Source: an uncultured virus (IMG/VR IMGVR_UViG_3300032278_000001)
Taxonomy: Duplodnaviria; Heunggongvirae; Uroviricota; Caudoviricetes
Length of the DNA stretch: 20,000 nt
IMG/VR virus record: IMGVR_UViG_3300032278_000001
Strand: one strand, 5' to 3'
The position numbers and the translations under genes are program-made. This document shows positions 8,786-16,026 of the stretch, one piece after another (positions within the stretch are counted from its first letter, which is position 1; each line of letters starts with the position of its first letter). Below the pieces are notes generated by a model. It did no database searches, was not told the DNA's origin, and worked only from the letters and a program-made list of their open reading frames with translations.

Positions 8786-11700
8786 TTCGTTATCATATTC
8801 ACAACAACCATCATCAATATAGTTAAATCCTGTATAAAGCTCACCTAAAGGGTTACTCCCTATAAATTCATAATCATTACAATCAAAATTATAATTTGTA
8901 GCTAATACATCTGTACATGCCATATATACACATGAACCATCATTAATTACTGCTGCAGCGTTATAGTTAAATCCACCAGGAGTAATTGCTGGTGATACAC
9001 CGTTACAATAGAAAGTATTGTAGAGAGAGGCTTCATATATATAACCACAATCCATACAACCAGGTAGCTGTGTAGGATACTCACAAGTAGTACCATCATC
9101 ACAAGTAGCTAATGGGTTGTAGTTAGAAGCTAAAATATCACAACATCCAGGTGTTGTATTATTTGTAGAATTACAAGGTTCACATTCAAGATCACAACAA
9201 TTATCTCCAGACATTTCACATTCAATTTTATTATTATGTGTACCTGCAGGATCCTCTATACACTCACAGTCAGTACCTGTACATATACAATTTGAGCTGC
9301 TACACCACAATACCCAATCTGTTGACCACTCACCATTAAATTGAGTTAATGCTACTAGAACTTGTGCATAAGTCATACCACCATCAACATTCCATCCAGG
9401 TAAACTAATATCACCCAATGCCATCAGAGCATTCCAAGTTGTTGCACTAATTGTAGAACCTGATCCAATATTATTATCTGTAAGTTGAAACAAATTTGAA
9501 TACCAGTAGTAGTCACCAGGATCATCACATGGGCATCCATCTTGACCTACAGGTGTAAGTGGCTGACAAAACTTATATGTTGATATATCAGCCGAATGTA
9601 AAGGAGCATCAATAAGATATTCTATTAAATCATTACAACTATCAATATTTAATTCACCAGCTGGTATAGTCTTGGACTCACACGAGTCAGAGGTTGCAGT
9701 TCCCTCCTGACATAACCACTTATATTCACATGAACCATCATCTATTGTTGCTTGTGGGTCATAGTTTGTTGCTAATGGATCCATACAACCAAGATAGTTA
9801 CAACAACTTGTATCTCCATAACCTGCTGTAGGGACTTCACATGGATCTGCACAATCTCCATTAGCTGATAGATTGTAGTTAGATGCAGCAGGATCTAAAC
9901 ATCCACATATGTTTCCACAACAATTAGCAGAAGTTTCACAATCATTTTGATCATCATATTGTCCATTACCAGAAACATCTTCTATACATGTACATCCTTG
10001 TGCATCTGTACAAGTGCACCATCCCCAACCCATACCAAGAAAAGCTTTCATTGGTAATCCTTGAAGATCAACATAAGTCATACCAGCAGTAACTCCAGGA
10101 ACACTATTAGAAATAAGATCATTAACAAAACCAGTCCATGTTTGAGTTACAGTTCCAAGAATGACTGTACCTGCTTGATCATCATAAAAATGTTCAATAT
10201 TAAAATAATAATTTCCGGTAGGACCACCTCCATTATCTCCACATGGACATACCCAGGTATTTGCATTGGGATACATATATGTACTACAGAAATATAAATC
10301 TTGAGCTGCAACATTAGGATATGTTGTAGATATTAGAACGCTCCAATTATATGGAGTACTTGTATCAGTAGGATTACCTGTTGTTATGTCTGTAGCACCC
10401 AATTCCTCACAATAATTTATAGTTGTTATACCACCATCCTCACATTGACAAAACTCCCACTCAATCTCCATAGTATAATATTGCCCCTCACAACCAGCTG
10501 CCATCATTATTTCTATAGTAGTATATGATGTGTTTAATGTGACAGAAGAAAAGCAAGTAGCAGCTAGATCAGTAATGAAGTCATTCCATACAGTATATCC
10601 TGCTGGGTTCATATTCCAAAGAGCTGGCATATTCATACCAAAAGAAGTAATATAAGCCATACTACCTCCATTTGGTCCTTCACAACGATTAGATAAAGGT
10701 GATTGGTTTACTTCAAATATTAATGAAAATACACTAGTATATTGGAGATTGTACATAGCTAGTGCAATATGTTCCAATTGATCCTCCTCATACCCAAATA
10801 CACCTGTATCTGTCTTATTTTCACAATCATTTGAACCAGTACTTTCTGTACAAGTCCATTTATATGTGCATGTATCTTCACAATCAGCTAATGGGTTATA
10901 GTTGCTAGCAAGTGGATCCATACAGCCATAAACACAATACGTACAACAACTATCCCAACCAATATTCCAAGTTCCAACTGGTTCACAATTACAATCAGTA
11001 GTTGCAGTATTATCAAAGTTAGTCGCACTTGAATCTGTACAAGCATCATAATGGCAACAGCTATAATCAGTACCACCTAAAATACCAGCACAATCATAAG
11101 TAGCTAATGGATCATAATCACATGCAGCAGGAAGAGGGGAACATAATGTAGCTAAAGAATTATTTGTTGCTGTGCTGTAATCAACGGATGCTATATCCCA
11201 AGTACCACCAGTATCATCTGCAAAAATTTGCATAGGAAATAATCCACTAAAAGAAGGATATTCAATATTTGCTCCATTTCCAACAACTATTAGTTTTATG
11301 TCTAGTGCAAGTAAAGCACTAGATATAGCAGCAAGTTCTGTTGGACTTGTTGCTGGATCATATGAATTATTATCACCACCTGCTACATTATCTGTCATCA
11401 GTACAATATACTTAGCTACTCCAGTTCTCCACGCACCACTAAAATCAGCAGTTCCAACCATATCTACAGCTATATCACTTGGTTCTGGACCAGAATGAGC
11501 ATTACTATTCCCAAGTACAAGACTGGGTGTATTTAACAAGTTAAGTGCCGCTGTAAATGTTATATCATTATTAAGACCAAACATTTCCATACAAGTAAAA
11601 TACTGTAGCATAAAAGTTCCTGTAGGATAATCTACTGAAGGTGTAGTTTGAGTTATAACTGCTTTTTGACCTGCTGGTAAACCTGTATAAGCAGCTAAGG

Positions 11701-13933
11701 CAGAATATGGATGACTGGCAGGAGGATCAAGAGCTGGATCCGCATTGTACTCATCAAATATTGTTAAACTTAATTTATAATCACTAGCACCAACCATTGA
11801 TTGTATTTGTGTTATAATAGAAGCTACACCAGCTTTTACTTGATCAATTTCTGCACCCATACTTGATGTATAATCAATTACAAATGCTACATCCATACCC
11901 TCGTCACACAATGTTCCTTGATCCATACATCCAAAAACAATACTTGGTGGTGCATCTATATATACAGTTAATGTTTCTGTACATACTGGATTAGATGAAT
12001 CTGTTACTACTACTACATATACTCCTCCTGCTAATCCACTTAGGTCTTCTGTAATAGCTGTAAATCCACCTGGACCAGTCCAAGCATATGTATAAGGTGC
12101 TGTACCATTACTTACTGTAAGGTCTATAGTACCATCATTTGTTGTATCATCTGTTGCATCTGTTGAACTAAATGATAATTGGAAATCAGCACAATAATCA
12201 CAACATGACCAATCTGATCCTCCTACCACACCTGCACAATCTGCAGTACAATCTGGACAATAGTTAGGAGATAAAGGATCAAGGCAACCTGATAATTCGT
12301 TACCAGATGGATCAACTTGTGGATCTTCACATGCTATAAATGGTTCTGCAGGACAAGCATCAACAGGACATTCTTCAGTTAATGTTATTGTAATATTTTG
12401 TGAGCTACACTCACCTGTTGTTGTAAAACAATGACATAATTGTAATGTATGTTTTGTATCTACTGATGCATTTATTATGCAATATCTTAATACACCATAG
12501 TCATCTGTATATCCTATATTACCTCCATCAAGTATAATATTATAACATGATATAGGTTTACCATCCTGATTAACTACTTTAAATACAAAACAAGTAGCAT
12601 CATTACAATCAGTAATATCAGCATAATCATCTAAATCATCACTAAAACCTTCTCTAGTAAAAGGTAGTTCATCTACATTAATTCCCCATCCATGTTGATC
12701 AAGAGCTCCATATCCTTGTGCATAATAAGGATTTGATGTTGTAATTGCTGTTAAAAGTAGTAAAAAATTATATGGAGCAACAGTGAGAGTACCATCTGGT
12801 ATTGTTTGATCTCCACTTGTTATTGCTCCTAATGCATGTAAAGGAAAAGCTCTATGTGATGCTCCAGGACTATTTGGTTTAGATGGATAACAATAAAAGT
12901 TTGCAGAAGAATCCTCTACAGTAGCTAAATATAAATTTCTTTGTGCAATAAATTCTGTATGATCAGCTGCCCAACATGGTGTTACTGTACCATTATCTGT
13001 TGCTGCAGACCATAATGCTGTACCACCACCAGCTTGTTGACCAGTATATGGTTGATGATGTGTTGGTGATGCTGACTCATCTATAAAACAAACTACTAAT
13101 ATATTTTTTGCAGTAGCTGCTGGTGCAATACCAATTGTATTTACTGTTGGAAAGAAAGCACCACCATTTACCCCTGCAGCTCCTCCATTATACAGAGTTT
13201 TTCCATTACTCTGAGCCCATTGAAGTGCACCCCAAAACTTACTACTTGCATTTACAGTTGCAGGAAATGCTGAATCAGCTGCACTACCACAATCATTTGT
13301 ACCAAAATTTCTTGCTGGATCAGGATCAACATTAACAGCAGTTCCTGTAACACATCCACCACCACCTTGATCAATAGTACCATTACCGCCACAACTTCCT
13401 GAATTTTGAAAGGTTCCTGTCATTGCAGATGTTGCCCAATCTAACCATCTTTCTCCAAATACTGTTGTATGATATACATCAATACTATTATCTTCTATAT
13501 TAGTACAATTTATATATTCAGGTCCATCGTTATCTTGTTTAATATTATCTACCCATGCTTGAGCAGCTGTATATGCAGCAATAGTTTCTGGTATACCTAA
13601 TGATGTTGCATCATAATAAAAATATATCTGAACTTCATCATGATCCATACCACAAAGTTCATTAACCCAGTCAGGTTTATTAGGATCATCTTCTGCACCA
13701 CCTTCAGGTGGAGTATATATTACTGATTTAATTGTAGTATCAGTATATGTGATTAATTGATTATCATCATGATCACAAAGAGCTTTCTTATTTACATTGT
13801 CATCAAAATCACTACCACAACAATTACCAATACCATATCTTTTATATCTATATTTCTTAAAGACATCATCAGCAAAGTCACGCTCTATCTCAATCCTTTT
13901 GATAGTATAATCCTTATTTACACAGTTTTTCAT
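6848..13933 (-). CDS. Giant multidomain adhesin-like / putative receptor-binding virion protein (VWA-like, SprB-type, VWA, GCxD repeats, two LRR domains)
   Basis: 2361-aa uninterrupted ORF in the structural module, with no signal peptide. VWA MIDAS-type DVAFVIDYTSSM...GPE...WRTGVAKYIVLMTD (~11150-11896); SprB-type DGTIDLTVSNGTAPYTYAW...L-x-GG-x-Y-x-V-x-VTD (~11956-12185); repeated GCxDPxAxNY; 21-22-aa LRRs such as LTTLDLSNNPALTDLNC (~6848-8785). Confidence 0.8.
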   Translation of the reverse strand: MKNCVNKDYTIKRIEIERDFADDVFKKYRYKRYGIGNCCGSDFDDNVNKKALCDHDDNQLITYTDTTIKSVIYTPPEGGAEDDPNKPDWVNELCGMDHDEVQIYFYYDATSLGIPETIAAYTAAQAWVDNIKQDNDGPEYINCTNIEDNSIDVYHTTVFGERWLDWATSAMTGTFQNSGSCGGNGTIDQGGGGCVTGTAVNVDPDPARNFGTNDCGSAADSAFPATVNASSKFWGALQWAQSNGKTLYNGGAAGVNGGAFFPTVNTIGIAPAATAKNILVVCFIDESASPTHHQPYTGQQAGGGTALWSAATDNGTVTPCWAADHTEFIAQRNLYLATVEDSSANFYCYPSKPNSPGASHRAFPLHALGAITSGDQTIPDGTLTVAPYNFLLLLTAITTSNPYYAQGYGALDQHGWGINVDELPFTREGFSDDLDDYADITDCNDATCFVFKVVNQDGKPISCYNIILDGGNIGYTDDYGVLRYCIINASVDTKHTLQLCHCFTTTGECSSQNITITLTEECPVDACPAEPFIACEDPQVDPSGNELSGCLDPLSPNYCPDCTADCAGVVGGSDWSCCDYCADFQLSFSSTDATDDTTNDGTIDLTVSNGTAPYTYAWTGPGGFTAITEDLSGLAGGVYVVVVTDSSNPVCTETLTVYIDAPPSIVFGCMDQGTLCDEGMDVAFVIDYTSSMGAEIDQVKAGVASIITQIQSMVGASDYKLSLTIFDEYNADPALDPPASHPYSALAAYTGLPAGQKAVITQTTPSVDYPTGTFMLQYFTCMEMFGLNNDITFTAALNLLNTPSLVLGNSNAHSGPEPSDIAVDMVGTADFSGAWRTGVAKYIVLMTDNVAGGDNNSYDPATSPTELAAISSALLALDIKLIVVGNGANIEYPSFSGLFPMQIFADDTGGTWDIASVDYSTATNNSLATLCSPLPAACDYDPLATYDCAGILGGTDYSCCHYDACTDSSATNFDNTATTDCNCEPVGTWNIGWDSCCTYCVYGCMDPLASNYNPLADCEDTCTYKWTCTESTGSNDCENKTDTGVFGYEEDQLEHIALAMYNLQYTSVFSLIFEVNQSPLSNRCEGPNGGSMAYITSFGMNMPALWNMNPAGYTVWNDFITDLAATCFSSVTLNTSYTTIEIMMAAGCEGQYYTMEIEWEFCQCEDGGITTINYCEELGATDITTGNPTDTSTPYNWSVLISTTYPNVAAQDLYFCSTYMYPNANTWVCPCGDNGGGPTGNYYFNIEHFYDDQAGTVILGTVTQTWTGFVNDLISNSVPGVTAGMTYVDLQGLPMKAFLGMGWGWCTCTDAQGCTCIEDVSGNGQYDDQNDCETSANCCGNICGCLDPAASNYNLSANGDCADPCEVPTAGYGDTSCCNYLGCMDPLATNYDPQATIDDGSCEYKWLCQEGTATSDSCESKTIPAGELNIDSCNDLIEYLIDAPLHSADISTYKFCQPLTPVGQDGCPCDDPGDYYWYSNLFQLTDNNIGSGSTISATTWNALMALGDISLPGWNVDGGMTYAQVLVALTQFNGEWSTDWVLWCSSSNCICTGTDCECIEDPAGTHNNKIECEMSGDNCCDLECEPCNSTNNTTPGCCDILASNYNPLATCDDGTTCEYPTQLPGCMDCGYIYEASLYNTFYCNGVSPAITPGGFNYNAAAVINDGSCVYMACTDVLATNYNFDCNDYEFIGSNPLGELYTGFNYIDDGCCEYDNEMTWVPDQNFRTHLTNISQVSGWWDITGTVAGGEYCFTSEIDNFATLNLTDKGVADLTGLQDMVGLTTFVANSNDTGMNNTFTSVTSFIDTLSLLTHFEMRGVLNYYYSVPTIDFNGNPELSYVRIDYGILTILDFTQNPLLEHFICTYNNLTTVDVTQCPLLVWLRVRGNKIASMGDNTTEVDISQNPLIEYIGVAEQVIGNTTNRMNSLDISVQTVLTILIASVNDLTSLDTTNNTLLENLQINHNLIPSFDFSTNPLIYHLKVNSNSGLSSLWISNLSVLQLLNCEGNQLTTLDLSNNPALTDLNCRSNQIQVLDLSYNILLTKARCENNSMLCLNIQNGNNLNMVPINDMNLKFTGNSFTEISVDDPAYCTGAWTTALGIIDGGVTFNTLEPCDPPSGYTYIPDANFRERLDNAESPTWYNGDINSCYVLTSDINTLTTFVCNGITTPDPHGISDMTGLQDFTALEDLHVCCSINLTTLNVSQNVNLIELQIYANSLTTIDLSNNPLLEELRIYQNQLTSLDLSNNPALVLLQAFNNPNMTSIDISNNPALDSILVNGCALTSIDASSCTSLTTLNCQSNQLTYLNIANGNNINMGANPELQTISNNLTTITVDDPSVGGYAETTYTSGGGNPTIDAGVTFV
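8796..12292 (-). repeat. About nine dispersed (G/A)CxD-x2-A-x-N(Y/F) Cys-knot repeats within the giant ORF
   Basis: GCLDPLSPNY, GCMD[..]AACDYDPLAT, ACTDSSATNF, GCMDPLASNY, GCLDPAASNY, GCMDPLATNY, GCCDILASNY, GCMDC..FNY, ACTDVLATNY. Confidence 0.85.
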
Positions 13934-14049
13934 TATTTCTTTTTCTCTGCTGCAATTCTACAACCTTTATGAACTGTTCTACCATCAGAAGTTGTTGTTT
14001 TTTGACAACCACAAGTAAAAGGTTTATTGCAATGTGCACAATTAGCCAT
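13933..14049 (-). CDS. 38-aa Cys/His-rich microprotein (zinc-finger-like), not in ORF track
   Basis: MANCAHCNKPFTCGCQKTTTSDGRTVHKGCRIAAEKKK*. It has an A-rich leader, fills the gap between its neighbours, and its TAA overlaps the ATG of the giant gene (TAATG at 13931-13935). Confidence 0.75.
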   Translation of the reverse strand: MANCAHCNKPFTCGCQKTTTSDGRTVHKGCRIAAEKKK

Positions 14050-14071
14050 ATTGTTTAGTTTTTTTGGTTTA

Positions 14072-14617
14072 CTAACATGTTACACATGTTATTTTTTCTA
14101 ATTTTCTTTTAGCAAAATCAAAAAGTTCCATACCTTGATGTGGACTACCACAATATTCTACTTTTGATTTTGCTGCATCAATTAATGTTTTAATAAATAC
14201 CATTTCATCCATTAATTCTTTTTTCTCAGAAGAAGGTTCACAAGGACTCACATCAATAGAACACATTTTATCATAGTACATCTTCATTAGAGATGTTGTT
14301 CTTAACATGTTATATTCAACATACACCTTATCATTTGGAGCTACACTATATCTTACAATGTAAATTCCATCTGGAATATCTATTCTTGTAGAACTACAAT
14401 CTGCAGTTTGAATGTTTAATGAGCACGCATTAATAGATAAGTCAAAACCAGGTTTAACTTCAATTAATGCTGGTGTATTATAACCGGGTACAGTTATAAG
14501 TAATTCAGGACAGTCAATATTAAGATTATCAGCATATTGACTTGTATCCTTTAGGTGAAAAATTTCTGGATTAGAAACAAAGAATGATTCTAAACTGAGT
14601 ATGTGTTTTGCCGCCAT
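14072..14617 (-). CDS. crAss-like conserved structural protein (tail-hub-like)
   Basis: 181 aa. Beta-rich N-domain ending IPDGIYIVRYSV followed by a helical C-domain. It lies directly after the auxiliary capsid gene, as in crAss-like phages. Confidence 0.5.
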   Translation of the reverse strand: MAAKHILSLESFFVSNPEIFHLKDTSQYADNLNIDCPELLITVPGYNTPALIEVKPGFDLSINACSLNIQTADCSSTRIDIPDGIYIVRYSVAPNDKVYVEYNMLRTTSLMKMYYDKMCSIDVSPCEPSSEKKELMDEMVFIKTLIDAAKSKVEYCGSPHQGMELFDFAKRKLEKITCVTC

Positions 14618-14654
14618 ATTATTTTTTATTATGAGTATATATTACTACCTACTA

Positions 14655-14665
14655 ATAATATACAA
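14655..14665 (-). promoter_or_regulatory. Recurrent promoter-like motif, copy 3 (TTGTATATTAT)
   Basis: Exact 11-mer just downstream of a terminator and 37 nt upstream of the ATG at 14617, where re-initiation would be needed. Confidence 0.6.
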
Positions 14666-14681
14666 AAAAAGCTTCATATAT

Positions 14682-14719
14682 AAAACAAAAAAGGATGGGA
14701 ACTTAATCCCATCCCTTTT
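14682..14719 (-). terminator. Rho-independent terminator after the auxiliary capsid gene
   Basis: GGATGGGA-TTAAGT-TCCCATCC perfect 8-bp stem (14693-14714) followed by TTTTTTGTTTT on the minus strand; a short T-tract is also present on the plus side. Confidence 0.85.
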
Positions 14720-14740
14720 AGTAAATTAACTTTAAGACTA

Positions 14741-15877
14741 TTATCCTTGTGGAGGACAGTCTTCATCAATAGGACTACATACATTGCAACTTGCTCCTAA
14801 TACCACCCATAGTTTATCTACGGCTGTTATTGTTTCAGAATTAGTGCAAAGAACAGCAACTGAAACTACATATTGATCATTATCAAATACTCCAGTTGGA
14901 TTATTGTAACGAGGCACAGTATGTTGTACATAATACATCTTATAAAAACCTTGTCTATTAACTGCACCAGTTAAAGCATCTCCACCTTCAATTTCTCTAA
15001 ATCTAGCAGAATCTCTATTACCTTGGTTATGACCACCATCTTGACGATATCTTCCATCTAAGATAAGATCTCTCAGTACTGTTTCACCACTTGTTTCTTG
15101 TGGCATAGTTGTAACTGATGTAGTAGCAGGATTAAGTGCATCTAAAGGAGTAAGTGCAGCACAAGGATCTGTACAAGCATCTCCATCATCATCAACTACA
15201 GAAACTAACATAGTAATAGGAGTTGTTCCGTACCAATCTCTAGTATCAAATGAACAATCATCAAAGTAAGTCTCATCTGGACATTGTAAAGCAAGTGTTA
15301 ATACTCCACCAGCCGCTGTTGCAGTAACAAAAGGTCCAACTGTTGGATCTTCATTAATAGCATCTCTCCAACCTTCAGTAACTTGTACTCCTGTAAAATT
15401 TGTTGCTTCTCCATCACAACATCCTGAGAAATCAGCAATAAAATAATTGTTTCTTCCTAAGAATCTCTGTATATTGTCACCTTTAAGATCAATCCTTAAT
15501 TGAGGATGTCCATCAGGACAAGGATAACATGTGTCTGGTACAGTTACAGTAACATTAGTAGCAGCACAAGCCTCAGTACAATCTTGTGTCCATACTTTTG
15601 TTATAAACTTCGGTTTAATAATTTTAGATTTAATTGACTCAGAATATCCACCATGAAGTTTATTACCTCCAATAGTGTCTACAGTATTGTAGTTTCCTTG
15701 TACAAGTAAAACATCTGTGTTAGCTGGTACAACTACTGCAGCTGGATCAAGTGCTAGATAAGTTGATGCATCTACGAGAGCCACAACTCCAGGACCTAAT
15801 GAGGCTGTAGTATCATTTTTAGCAGCAACAGAAGCTGCTAACATGCTTTTTCTATAAGCGTGATTAAAATAACTCAT
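14741..15877 (-). CDS. crAss-like auxiliary capsid (decoration) protein
   Basis: 378-aa acidic, Thr/Ala/Val-rich ORF with C-terminal Y-x-x-YYVQH-x-VPR-x-NNP-x-G-x-FDNDQY. It is the third gene after the MCP and is flanked by its own promoter-like motif and terminator, as expected for a high-copy protein. Confidence 0.6.
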   Translation of the reverse strand: MSYFNHAYRKSMLAASVAAKNDTTASLGPGVVALVDASTYLALDPAAVVVPANTDVLLVQGNYNTVDTIGGNKLHGGYSESIKSKIIKPKFITKVWTQDCTEACAATNVTVTVPDTCYPCPDGHPQLRIDLKGDNIQRFLGRNNYFIADFSGCCDGEATNFTGVQVTEGWRDAINEDPTVGPFVTATAAGGVLTLALQCPDETYFDDCSFDTRDWYGTTPITMLVSVVDDDGDACTDPCAALTPLDALNPATTSVTTMPQETSGETVLRDLILDGRYRQDGGHNQGNRDSARFREIEGGDALTGAVNRQGFYKMYYVQHTVPRYNNPTGVFDNDQYVVSVAVLCTNSETITAVDKLWVVLGASCNVCSPIDEDCPPQG

Positions 15878-15991
15878 TTTTTCTATATGCCTCCTATTTT
15901 ATTCAGAGGGCTTTATTTATTTACAAACAGAATGACTTTGTTTCACCAGAATGAAGGGAGTCAAACCTGAACCCACATCCTTGTATATAAT

Positions 15992-16002
15992 ATAATATAC
16001 AA
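15992..16002 (-). promoter_or_regulatory. Recurrent promoter-like motif, copy 4 (TTGTATATTAT)
   Basis: Exact 11-mer with TTTG 20 nt upstream of TATATTAT; it forms part of an 8-bp inverted repeat (15981-16002). Confidence 0.6.
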
Positions 16003-16026
16003 CTTATTTATTAACTAAACAAATTG

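Noticed and set aside
11150..11896. The inserted domain as an intein or mobile element
   Set aside because: It has VWA motifs rather than Hint/LAGLIDADG motifs, no terminal His-Asn, and no transposase.
6848..13933. Giant ORF as a cellular T9SS-secreted protein or eukaryotic contamination
   Set aside because: It has no signal peptide or T9SS C-terminal domain, and it is joined by a stop-start overlap to the upstream gene within a phage structural operon.
15961..15978. Tiny upstream ORF (MWVQV*) in the auxiliary capsid leader
   Set aside because: Five codons with no supporting initiation context; expected by chance.
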